DNA from: Sedimentisphaerales bacterium
Lineage (GTDB): Bacteria > Planctomycetota > Phycisphaerae > Sedimentisphaerales > SM23-30
NCBI GenBank assembly: GCA_963666285.1
Contig: OY762711.1
Strand: one strand, 5' to 3'
DNA: 64,000 nt
The notes under the pieces are model-generated. The model saw only the letters and a program-made list of their open reading frames with translations, searched no databases and had not been told where the DNA came from. Both the position numbers and the translations under genes were made by a program. This document shows positions 49,734 through 59,730 of the stretch, piece after piece (the first letter of the stretch is position 1; each line of letters opens with the position of its first letter).

Positions 49734-49916
49734 AGTGCGGTTTCGCACTTTTGACTGTCCAACACTACACGCAAAGGCCAGAACAGGGCCTTGTGAATGA
49801 AAAACTTTATATTTAAATGTATTTCCGAGCTATTTCTCGAAAGTATATTTAATTCAAAACGCTGTAGGAAGGCCCTTTTAGGCGATTTTTGCATCTTAAA
49901 AACTGCGAAAGTAAAC
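49734..49916 (+). repeat. Four-hairpin dispersed element, copy D (full length)
   Basis: Aligns with 42942-43122; ends 19 nt from the ATG at 49715. Confidence 0.92.
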
Positions 49917-50264
49917 GGTTATAATTTACGTTTCAGTATGATTACTAAAAACAAGAAAGATGCCAAAAATACCAAGAAAAGAAATATTTAGATATTCGGC
50001 GGGAGGCGAAAAGCCGTCATTCAACATAAATACTTTATTAGCAGCAACTTAAAGAGATAGACACTAAGATAACAATTAATAATAAAAATATAAATGACGA
50101 ATTGGCGAAAAACGAGCAGAAGACGCTACAGGAAGTTTATTTCTTATAAGCTCAATGCAATAGATGAGACACCGCCAACAAAAACCACTTAAAGCTTTTA
50201 TTGACAACACATTACACTAGACAGAAATTTATGTAATATAATTTGACCAACTTTATCATTATGC

Positions 50265-51830
50265 CTATGATTTTCGTTTACGAGGAATCTTGATTTTCCA
50301 GTCTTTAACTTTGTAGTTAAGCATCCGGGCAGTAATTCCAAGTGATTTTGCGGCAGATTCGATATGATAATCATTGGCCGCTAACGAATTCAAGACGATA
50401 TCCTGCTCAAACAGCCTCATCCTTTCCTTGAGGGCGATATTCACTTTGTCATTATTACCGGATGATTTTTGGCTACTATCGGGCAGATTGCCCGCTTCAA
50501 CAGTATTGCCCCTGCAAGTCAGAACAGCGTATTCGATCCAGTTCTGAAGTTCCCTGATATTGCCGCTCCATTTGTGGCTTAACAAAATATCAACAGCCTG
50601 GGGACTGAATCCCGAAATATTTTTGGCACAACTTTGGCAAAATCCAGTAAGGAAATAATTAGCCAGCGGGAGTATATCTTCTACCCTCTCACTTAAAGAC
50701 GGGATCGAGATACAGAAGCTATTGATACGATACCAAAGATCTTCGCGGAATTTACCGGATTTTACCATAGCTTCAATGTCAAGATTAGTAGCAAAAATAA
50801 ACCTGACATCAGCATTCATTAGTTTATTACTACCGACTTTCTGATATTGCCTTTCCTGGAAAAACCGCAGAAGTTTGACCTGAATTTCAGGCGAGAAATC
50901 ACCGATCTCGTCAAAAAACAGAGTGCCACCTTCTGCCCTGGCAATATAGCCATCATGCTCATTATCTGCTCCGGTGAATGCTCCTTTGACGTGTCCGAAC
51001 AGTTCACTTTCAAACAGAGTGCCGGTAATAGCAGTACAGTTAATTTTGACAATCGGCTTATCTGATCTACTGCTATGATGATGAATAGCTTCAGCAATTA
51101 GCTCCTTGCCAGTGCCAGATTCGCCGAGGAGCAGAACGTTTGTGTCATAGCCAGCGACCTGGCGTACCATATCCAGCACTTGCCTGATAGCAAGAGAATT
51201 GCCGATTATAACCAATTTTCCAGCTTGGTGTTCCAGTTGAGAACGAAGGCTATCGTTTTCATTGGCAAGCTGCTGCTTTTCCATGATAAGCTCTCTTTTT
51301 GAACTGACAATATTGGCAATTAAACCAGCGATAATGCTGAGAGTGTTTTGCTCAATAGTGAAATCACTGGCCGGATTATCATCAAACATAGAACTGAGCG
51401 TTCCGATACAACGGCCATTATAAATAATCGGAACACAGATCAAAGTAGAGCTTTGGTGATCTTTGATGTAATTACTCATCCTGCGGCATTTGCTGTAAAC
51501 CGAATTAGTATTTATGCCGGTAATAATTTCAGGTTGTCCGGAAGTGCGTACTTTCCTGGAGATTCCAGGGCCTTTGCTATGATCTTTTTCAGTTTTATTA
51601 TTGGCAACAGAATTAAGCTCTTCGCAACAGGCGACGACAATATCGGAATCCTTTTCACCGGATAAAATTATCCGGGTGGCGTATACCCCAAGCCTCTGTT
51701 CCATAATGTAAATCACATCAGAAAGGACATCCTTTTCGGGCCTGTTAAAATTACAGATACATTCCGAGATGTCACGAATAGCGGCAAAGAGTCGGGTTTG
51801 AAATACTTTGGTACTACAAAAATCAGTCAT
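50265..51830 (-). CDS. sigma54-dependent enhancer-binding protein, GAF-AAA+-HTH (NifA-like architecture)
   Basis: GESGTGKE, ELFGHVKGAFTGA, FFDEIG, FREDLWYR, WSGNIREL; ATG at 51830 preferred. Confidence 0.92.
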   Translation of the reverse strand: MTDFCSTKVFQTRLFAAIRDISECICNFNRPEKDVLSDVIYIMEQRLGVYATRIILSGEKDSDIVVACCEELNSVANNKTEKDHSKGPGISRKVRTSGQPEIITGINTNSVYSKCRRMSNYIKDHQSSTLICVPIIYNGRCIGTLSSMFDDNPASDFTIEQNTLSIIAGLIANIVSSKRELIMEKQQLANENDSLRSQLEHQAGKLVIIGNSLAIRQVLDMVRQVAGYDTNVLLLGESGTGKELIAEAIHHHSSRSDKPIVKINCTAITGTLFESELFGHVKGAFTGADNEHDGYIARAEGGTLFFDEIGDFSPEIQVKLLRFFQERQYQKVGSNKLMNADVRFIFATNLDIEAMVKSGKFREDLWYRINSFCISIPSLSERVEDILPLANYFLTGFCQSCAKNISGFSPQAVDILLSHKWSGNIRELQNWIEYAVLTCRGNTVEAGNLPDSSQKSSGNNDKVNIALKERMRLFEQDIVLNSLAANDYHIESAAKSLGITARMLNYKVKDWKIKIPRKRKS

Positions 51831-52293
51831 TTTATACCTTTTTCTTTCAATCAGAAAACTAATCAAACTTAGGGCGTACAAGCCGCACCTAAGAAAGTGT
51901 AAAGTGTAAAATAAAAATTGTAAAGGAGGTGTCGCTAACGCGACCTTGTTTTAAAAGCTGACGCATATGTCGGCTCCTTTTATAATGATTGCAATTATGT
52001 ATATTGTAATATTTTATGAACGTTATAAATATAAACGACACATAAAACACAATGTTTTGAATGATAGTCGTATATATCAGTATGCACATATTACAATAAA
52101 CCGGAATACCCCCGAAATAATTCCCAAAACATGGAATATGGATTTAGGATACATACATTCACCTGAAATAGCAAAAGAAAAAATGCAATAAGTCCAATAA
52201 CTAATCCCCCCGTTAATTCATCAGTGAACAAAAAAAGCGGCACTGAAATATATTCAGCACCGCTTTTGAAATCATTATAAAAAATAATTTTTA

Positions 52294-52812
52294 TTATTTT
52301 CTTCTGCAAATAAGGCTTAAACCACCGGCAGCCAAAGTAGCAATAGTCATCGGTTCCGGCACAGAGGCGTTACTAAGTTCTGACAGGAATATATCGTTTC
52401 CACCCATAATTTTAACGCCATAAGCGAAATCGCCGATACCGGCAAAACCATTTATATCAGAAACTGAAAGCGTAGCGTATTCGCCGGGGGCAAGTGTTTC
52501 AATTAAAGATGAAGCAATAACAGCACCTTCATCAATTACAACTAATGAATAATTAAAAGAATCGTTCGCATCGATATTTTTCACATCGATTTTGAAGGAA
52601 TAGAAGTCGGTTGCAGAAGAGTTAAGCTCTTCACCAACTATAACATAGCCATCATCACCGGCATTTACGCCGCGAACAGTAACCTGAATGGAATCACCAT
52701 CAACTGTCCATAAACCCGAATAGGCACCATAAGAATCAAGCTCTGTAAAATCAACAAGACCGGCGTTACAAATCCCAGCGACCAATAACAATAAAATTGA
52801 CATATATTTCAT
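52294..52812 (-). CDS. PEP-CTERM secreted protein
   Basis: Signal peptide; VPEPMTIATLAAGGLSLICRRK. Confidence 0.88.
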   Translation of the reverse strand: MKYMSILLLLVAGICNAGLVDFTELDSYGAYSGLWTVDGDSIQVTVRGVNAGDDGYVIVGEELNSSATDFYSFKIDVKNIDANDSFNYSLVVIDEGAVIASSLIETLAPGEYATLSVSDINGFAGIGDFAYGVKIMGGNDIFLSELSNASVPEPMTIATLAAGGLSLICRRK

Positions 52813-53048
52813 AGTAATAATCCTCTCTGTTCCTATGACAAAAGTTATTCTACAAATTCTACTAATCTCTTATTTTAACAGTACGTAGAAACGCCTGTAC
52901 CTCAATATACAATATGAAATATACGAGAGGCTAATTGCTGAGAGGAAAAAAAGTGATATTTTGAAAAATACCAAGATGATTCATTTGAAAAAACTGCATA
53001 ACCGTAATAAACAGCCATAAAATGCCTATATTAGCACTGCCGGGAGTG

Positions 53049-53696
53049 TTATTCCAGTAATGAAATATCGAAATCAGCAAGCGAACCGAGAACAAGATCG
53101 GCGGCGGAGGCATCCTGATGAGGCACCCCTTCAAGTACGAGAGCGACACATTTCATGCCAGCCTGTTTAGCGGCGTATATGCCTGCGGTTGAGTCTTCGA
53201 AGACGCAGCAATTTTCATATGGCAGGCCCAGTTTATCAGCTGCCATAACGTAGCAGGTTGGATCAGGCTTGCCAATATGATAGTCATCGCAGCTAAGCGA
53301 AAATGCCAGCTTATCATGCAGACCCATTTGCTCGATCGCGTTGTCGAGGTCTCTGCGAGAGCTGCCGGTGACAATGGCGACCGGATAGCCCTGGTCGGCT
53401 AGTTTTTTTAGGAGAGCTACCGACTCTGGGATAATTGTATCTCTTTCTGAAGAAAGCTTAACGAAATGTTCGTAGAGAGCATTATCCATGTCATATACAT
53501 CTTTAAAAGCATCCGGAAATTTTTCCAGAACAGCATAATAAATGTCTGTAAGTGCCCTGCCTATAACGAGTTCAGTAGCCTCGGCCATATTCATTTCAAG
53601 GCCGCGGGCGCCGGCAGCCTCTTTCATAGCCTCAATCCACAAAATTTCAGTGCTGAGCAATGTGCCGTCTAAATCAAAAAAGTAAGCTTCAATCAT
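53049..53696 (-). CDS. HAD-family phosphatase (beta-PGM/CbbY-like)
   Basis: FDLDGTL, VTGS, KPDP, FEDS..G..AA..AGM. Confidence 0.92.
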   Translation of the reverse strand: MIEAYFFDLDGTLLSTEILWIEAMKEAAGARGLEMNMAEATELVIGRALTDIYYAVLEKFPDAFKDVYDMDNALYEHFVKLSSERDTIIPESVALLKKLADQGYPVAIVTGSSRRDLDNAIEQMGLHDKLAFSLSCDDYHIGKPDPTCYVMAADKLGLPYENCCVFEDSTAGIYAAKQAGMKCVALVLEGVPHQDASAADLVLGSLADFDISLLE

Positions 53697-53858
53697 AAAT
53701 CAATACCCTGTTTTCAATTCTACTCTGTCCTAATCCTGATAAAAATAACATTTTACATAAAAAATGCTTGCATATCATCAATATTATCAGTAAATTGTTA
53801 TGTCTTGACGCAGATTAGGTTTAGATTATATTTTGCATCGAGAAACAATGAAATAACC

Positions 53859-53948
53859 GGAGAGATGGCAGAGCGGCTGAATGCAACGGTTTGCTAAACC
53901 GTCGTGTGGGAAATTCCCGCACCGCGGGTTCGAATCCCGCTCTCTCCG
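53859..53948 (+). tRNA. tRNA-Ser (GCT)
   Basis: GGAGAGA/TCTCTCC acceptor stem, ACGGT-TTGCTAA-ACCGT anticodon arm, long variable arm, GGTTCGAATCC; CCA not encoded. Confidence 0.97.
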
Positions 53949-54299
53949 TTACCAATCCTTGTTTTTAGCTTAAAAATAAGGATTTTTTTATTTTAAAAAC
54001 ACTCAAAGTCTATTGGAAAGTCTATAAAATTAGTTTCATAAGTCTTTATTTTTAACTAGTTTATAAATTGATAGATTTTAGAAATATTCAGAATAAATAT
54101 TTTTTTTATTTTCCCTGAGAAAATCACACGCAAAAAAAGATGATTAAGGTTGTGGTGATCAGGGAACAGGGTTTTTAAGATGTCGAGGGGGCTGGGTATA
54201 AGTAGTGGTAATTAACAACCTGAATTAAACTCTGTCCCTGTCGGACTACTTTTTATATATACAGATGAAACAAAAAATGTAGACCTTGAAACTGAAACC

Positions 54300-54557
54300 T
54301 TGTTAGCAGCTGAGCAAGTTACAGACTATGTAATAGCACATTATTATAAATATTGGGAGGGTTTTAAAACTATATTAAAAGAGCCTGAGTATTCGGAATT
54401 AGAGTCTATATACTCAAAAATTAAAAAGTGGATAGATAGTGAATGGAATTTGCGTTTGGTACAAAAACAACTAGGACATTCGAAGATTACAACCACCCAG
54501 GTTTATGCAGATGTAATGCAACCTGAGATACTAAGTACCATGAATAGAATGGCTTAG
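54300..54557 (+). pseudogene. Fragment carrying the C-terminal motif of a tyrosine recombinase
   Basis: LRLVQKQLGHSKITTTQVYA (box II with catalytic Tyr); rest of the integrase absent. Confidence 0.8.
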
Positions 54558-54711
54558 ATTGAATTTTGACAATATTATACTTGAAAACAACATAATATAG
54601 ATGATAATTGTATGTAAGCTAATATTTAGCTTGCTGGGTTAGAAAAAGAGTGCAGACTGAGTGTTCTTGGTCAGCCAAATGAGAAGTGTTTATATTTTAA
54701 GGAGTTACGTA

Positions 54712-57700
54712 ATGAAATTTGGGAAGTCTTCTTTAGTTAAGTTAATTGCTATTATTTTTATTTTTTCCTTTGTTTCGTCGTTAAAAGCCGATTTTTCAAT
54801 TGAGGTTGCAGGGAATCAATTCAAGGAAATTACAGAGGTTGATTATCTGGATGACATACAATTGTCTATTGTAGCTTCAGATAAGTCAGACCTAAAAGAG
54901 GATTTTGCACTTATCTTGTCATCTAATGACGGAACTTTTGGACCTGACTGTGAAGCTATGATTCTTATTACTCCTAAAACTATCAAGAAATATTCTCCTA
55001 TTTCTTTTAACTATAAGAGTACTAGCGGGATGGGCCTTATTAGACTACAAGCTGCCAAGGAAATGACTGTAACCTATAACGATGAACAGATTTCAGTTCC
55101 GCCAACAACTGAAATCTTCCAAATAGCAGTTTTTGATATGACCCTTGATGTTGCCAAAGAAGCAGACCCGACAAGAACATATGAAGCTATAACTTTCTCT
55201 TCCAACTATAATGCTTTAAATTATGTACCTCCAGTGAAAATAACAAAACCTACTTCCCTTACTAAAGCATCAGAGCCAATACTTTTAAACGAGACAATTG
55301 ATGAAGAAGTCGAAGAGACATTAAAGGCATATTTATCTAGTGAAAAGTCTGTTAGTTTCAGTCAGGACGAATGGGCAAGGATGTCTAATTATGATGCTCA
55401 AAATAACGCTTTCACTTTAGGGGATTTGGATAAGGTCGAGCCAGTTGCTTATGACATTAAAATTACAAAAGAAGATATTAAAACATTACCTGCTTTAGAT
55501 ATTTACACAAAGCTTGATTCGAGTATTGAAGTTTCTACAGCCAAATTAAACAATCTGACGCAGACAGATATATATTCTGAATATGTATCAAATAAGAAAG
55601 TAGTCTTAGAAAGCACTACCTCTTTAGATGAGTCCTTCGATTTATACATGCAAAGTCCGATTGCTACTTTATCAAGCGAAACTACTCTGCCACCTTATGA
55701 TGATTGGAGTTGGAATATAGACCCCAATTATTGTGTATATATTACAGAGAGGGACCTATCTGAATCACAGGTTTGGGACCCTAATAATATTTATATTATT
55801 ACCGACCCTCCACTTATAATTTCTGATGCAAAGTCTCTTAAAATCCCCTCTGGAACTCAGATATATTATACTATCAACCTTGAAGAATGGGTAAATGTGT
55901 TTGAAGTTGAAAATGGGGGAATTTTGGAAACAGACTATGAGGTTTCAGATAACCCTAAAAAGAACGATCCTGTTTCAATTCTACCTTTAACGGATGATGA
56001 TGTAATAGATGAGTCAGTGATGAATAATATGAGTATATTGATCAAAACATCAGCTTCACCTGATTGTCGAATCAAAAATGTAATAACGTATAAATGTAGA
56101 TATGGTATCTATAATGCAGCTGAACTTAATACAAGTATTTCAGACAATTATGTATATTATTGTGAATTTGGTATCACTTCAGGTGGCAATAATATTATAT
56201 CCAATAATTTATGTTATGGGTGTGGAATCCAAGGCGAAGATGGCTATGATGATTATGGCTGGGGCATTTATATGGTTCCCGTTATTGTTCCAGAGGATAC
56301 AGATGTATCAGAGCTGAACATTAATTCAATTGAATATGGCATATACAATAACACTATACTGCATACATTTGGACATGCCATCAAAGCTAGTGGTATGATC
56401 CCCGAATATCAAGCAGCTGGACTGCCAATTCCTAATATTTATATAGAAAAGAATTACACAGCATTTTCATCTGTGTATTCTTATAATTTATTCAATACTT
56501 TCAACCTCAGCGGAATATATTGGGCGGGATTATCTTATGAGCCCGTTACGCCAATTAATATTACTGCTATGCCTTTTTACTGTCCGGTTGTGCAGAATAC
56601 AGGTTATGTACTAGACGAAGAAGGGAGTTGGAATATATATTTGAATCCAAGTTCAGACTTTGTACACCAGGTAAGATATGATGATTATTTGAATGTAATA
56701 AATCTTGTTAAAACAGATTATTATAATATATATTCATCGTCGGCAATCGAAGGTGATGTACCCTCTAGGTGTGGTGCTATTGGCAGACACTATTACACTG
56801 ATTTTACCGGAACTATCAAGGCCACATCATGTGATATTGCTCCGGCAATACGAGATTACGTGGTAGATCAGCAAGATTTAGACTTTTTAATGTCTTATTA
56901 TTCCCAGGTTGTGCCAACATACACTGAAATCGATTACGAAAAAGCCGATCCTAATGTTTTGGGTAATTTTGTAAAAGACTATAATATTGATTTGCAAGAC
57001 TTCGCACTATTTTCTAGTCACTGGCAATGCAGTGCTGATCCAAATATTATTTCAGAGCCAAATGAGGCTGATTATGACCTTGATGGTGATCTGTGGGTAG
57101 ATTTAGATGACCTATCTATATTTGTAACTAATTTTGGGTATGAAATACCAACTAAAACATTTATTCATGATTACGCAGACCCAAATTTGGTAAGGGCAGA
57201 TATAAATGGTGACTTCGTTGTTGATGATCTTGATAGAGATTTGCTGATTGCCGAAATGGGACAAGGATTAGTGTCGTCGGAAGTCCCAAATATAACAGCA
57301 AGTTTTAGAAGTTTGACAGAACCAAATTATCCTGATGACTTATTAAGTTGGAGCAATTTAAAGGGTTCTGTTGAGGTCGAAATTGAACCCATAAGTGATG
57401 TACATACAATTGAAGTGATGTTGCAAAGAAATCGTATTGGAAAAATTTCTTATTTTGATGATGGAGAGCATTTCAATAAATTTAGGATTAAAACACAAAA
57501 CTACAAACCAGGAGAGTATGAATTAGAATTTAGCCTTCACTACAATGACGGTTCTATTTCACAAATTAAGCAAGTAGTTAATTTTACTAACAATAAGCTT
57601 CATTCTATTGATATTCCAACTGTCTTAGACGAAGATACCTATCGTCTTCAGTTTTGTAACGGGACCGAAAGTACTTTGCTACAAGTATTTGATTTGCAAA

Positions 57701-58767
57701 CACAAGAACTCCTACATGAGAATATTTATGAGGGTTATAATGTAGATGTTTTGCTTGATCCTGATTTTAACGGGGCAGATAGGGTTGTATTCCATCTAGA
57801 AGCGTTAGATCCTGAACCCATTGAAACAATGCTTCTGGAAGGGGTAACAACAATGAGTTCTTCGGGGAACTACAAAGATCCTGATACAGAAAAGGATACA
57901 AGAAAGAAACGGAAGAAAAGGAAAAAAAGAGAAGGCGAAGATGACGACAACTTTGAATTACTAATCTCGATTCCAGATGAAAGCCTTGAAAGGTTTGTTG
58001 ATGATATTATGGAATTTATTATTGATGCATGTTATATCGGAGACGACCCTAATGAAGCTAATTGTGTTGTGCCATATGTAATTTACGATGGTGTAGAGTT
58101 TAACTGGGACGATTTTGAAGAGGGTGTAAAAAGCAATGATATGAAATACTGGATAAACTTTTCACACGGAGAATACGATGAGGTTCGAGGGAGGACGTAT
58201 ACTGTAATATGGAAAAACATACCAGGGACTGAAGAGTATTATCCTACAAGACTGTATTCTTTCCGCTTCCCAACAAATTCCATGACAGATGCTTTATTAG
58301 CAGAAAAATACTGTTATATGTCTGATCTTGGGCTTGAAAACTCACCAAAGCTACAATTTATCTATAACTTTGCATGTAAATCAGGAAAAACCCTTCATCA
58401 GTATGGCAACAACTATAACGATTTTGCTGATGCTTGCGGCGTATATTCAACGTATTATAGTAATTATCAAGCCTATTTTGGTTTTAATGATAATTTTGTT
58501 GCTTATGATGGAATAGGAGACTATATTGAACTTTTGACTAGAGCTGAAGAATTCCATAAAAGATTCTTTATTAACCTGAAACTTAGAGTCTCATTTAATT
58601 CTGCTCTTGGCTTAACAGTTGGGGATTCAGGTAAAGCTGTAAGAGAATTAATACAGGGCTACGATATAGAATGGGATTTTCCGTATGATGAAAGTAAAGA
58701 CCCTATCTATCAAGATAGCCTAAGAATATATCCTTGGACTGATTTGAATATGATTCATTTCAACTAA
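54712..58767 (+). CDS. Large secreted multidomain protein: beta-helix-like region, dockerin/EF-hand-like repeats, putative clan-CD peptidase C-terminus
   Basis: AAGGAG RBS before ATG 54712; signal peptide; DYNIDLQDFALFSSHW, DYDLDGDLWVDLDDL, ADINGDFVVDDLD; WINFSHG...IYNFACKSG. Confidence 0.7.
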   Translation: MKFGKSSLVKLIAIIFIFSFVSSLKADFSIEVAGNQFKEITEVDYLDDIQLSIVASDKSDLKEDFALILSSNDGTFGPDCEAMILITPKTIKKYSPISFNYKSTSGMGLIRLQAAKEMTVTYNDEQISVPPTTEIFQIAVFDMTLDVAKEADPTRTYEAITFSSNYNALNYVPPVKITKPTSLTKASEPILLNETIDEEVEETLKAYLSSEKSVSFSQDEWARMSNYDAQNNAFTLGDLDKVEPVAYDIKITKEDIKTLPALDIYTKLDSSIEVSTAKLNNLTQTDIYSEYVSNKKVVLESTTSLDESFDLYMQSPIATLSSETTLPPYDDWSWNIDPNYCVYITERDLSESQVWDPNNIYIITDPPLIISDAKSLKIPSGTQIYYTINLEEWVNVFEVENGGILETDYEVSDNPKKNDPVSILPLTDDDVIDESVMNNMSILIKTSASPDCRIKNVITYKCRYGIYNAAELNTSISDNYVYYCEFGITSGGNNIISNNLCYGCGIQGEDGYDDYGWGIYMVPVIVPEDTDVSELNINSIEYGIYNNTILHTFGHAIKASGMIPEYQAAGLPIPNIYIEKNYTAFSSVYSYNLFNTFNLSGIYWAGLSYEPVTPINITAMPFYCPVVQNTGYVLDEEGSWNIYLNPSSDFVHQVRYDDYLNVINLVKTDYYNIYSSSAIEGDVPSRCGAIGRHYYTDFTGTIKATSCDIAPAIRDYVVDQQDLDFLMSYYSQVVPTYTEIDYEKADPNVLGNFVKDYNIDLQDFALFSSHWQCSADPNIISEPNEADYDLDGDLWVDLDDLSIFVTNFGYEIPTKTFIHDYADPNLVRADINGDFVVDDLDRDLLIAEMGQGLVSSEVPNITASFRSLTEPNYPDDLLSWSNLKGSVEVEIEPISDVHTIEVMLQRNRIGKISYFDDGEHFNKFRIKTQNYKPGEYELEFSLHYNDGSISQIKQVVNFTNNKLHSIDIPTVLDEDTYRLQFCNGTESTLLQVFDLQTQELLHENIYEGYNVDVLLDPDFNGADRVVFHLEALDPEPIETMLLEGVTTMSSSGNYKDPDTEKDTRKKRKKRKKREGEDDDNFELLISIPDESLERFVDDIMEFIIDACYIGDDPNEANCVVPYVIYDGVEFNWDDFEEGVKSNDMKYWINFSHGEYDEVRGRTYTVIWKNIPGTEEYYPTRLYSFRFPTNSMTDALLAEKYCYMSDLGLENSPKLQFIYNFACKSGKTLHQYGNNYNDFADACGVYSTYYSNYQAYFGFNDNFVAYDGIGDYIELLTRAEEFHKRFFINLKLRVSFNSALGLTVGDSGKAVRELIQGYDIEWDFPYDESKDPIYQDSLRIYPWTDLNMIHFN

Positions 58768-58792
58768 TATAATTATTAGGAGCTTATTAGCT

Positions 58793-59614
58793 ATGAATAT
58801 TAAAATTTTTATAGTCGTTGCTATTGCGTTGGCTTTACTCTGTGGTTTTGGATTAGGTTATATATCTCGTACGCCCGATAGTAAAGAGGCTCAAAAAAAC
58901 CGAAAAGAACTAGAACAGCTTAAAGAATATGCAGAATTTTCAGGTGAATTTGAAATCAAGAAGGTTTCAAATGTAAAAAAAAGAGAATTACCAAAACTTG
59001 AAAAAGATATAATTATTTACTCTGAAAATGAGGATTTCTTTCCATTATCTGTTTATTACTGGATTGGTAGTGGATGGGGAATCGATACTGTAAATGAGGT
59101 ATACTCTGCTAAATTTCGTGGAGCATTTAACCTTATTGATGTTTACCCTACTTCTATAACTTATTTTAAAAAAGATATGCCGTCACTAAATTCAGACTTT
59201 GAAACATATTCCAAAGTTAAAATATTTAGAAACCAAGAAGAAATAAAATCTATTGCCGACAAACTTGAGAATCCTGGAATTTATTACGACCCCTCCGATT
59301 ATGAAGGCTGGAGTCAGGATCGGAAAGATCGCATTCGTGGTAGAAATAAGCCTGAAGATGATACTGACTATGGTAGAGAAATTCTAACGGATTTATCCAA
59401 ACGCAACGATATATTAATATTGGATTATGGTTACATTAAAGTTGCAGTTTCTTTTATTAGTAAAGAAGTTTTTGATAGAGCCACAAAACAAACAGATATA
59501 GACATTATTTCATATCATGGAAGTTCTAATGAATTATGCGAATTACTTAAAATATATGGGGAATCTCCTGATATTTTGTGGAAAAAAGAATATAAAATAG
59601 GAATAGGGCATTAG
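58793..59614 (+). CDS. Hypothetical membrane-anchored protein
   Basis: AGGAG RBS; N-terminal TM helix; 25 nt after the previous gene. Confidence 0.7.
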   Translation: MNIKIFIVVAIALALLCGFGLGYISRTPDSKEAQKNRKELEQLKEYAEFSGEFEIKKVSNVKKRELPKLEKDIIIYSENEDFFPLSVYYWIGSGWGIDTVNEVYSAKFRGAFNLIDVYPTSITYFKKDMPSLNSDFETYSKVKIFRNQEEIKSIADKLENPGIYYDPSDYEGWSQDRKDRIRGRNKPEDDTDYGREILTDLSKRNDILILDYGYIKVAVSFISKEVFDRATKQTDIDIISYHGSSNELCELLKIYGESPDILWKKEYKIGIGH

Positions 59615-59730
59615 CGTTTTAATTCCTATCTAATTTCTACGCATGAAAGTTTGATAGCATTTATACAATTACATTGTATGTAAGGCAATGAAATAAAAGA
59701 TGTAAATATAATAATTGAAGGGAATATAAT

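Noticed and set aside
50265..51830. nifA / nitrogen fixation
   Set aside because: GAF-AAA-HTH architecture is generic and there are no nif genes in the window
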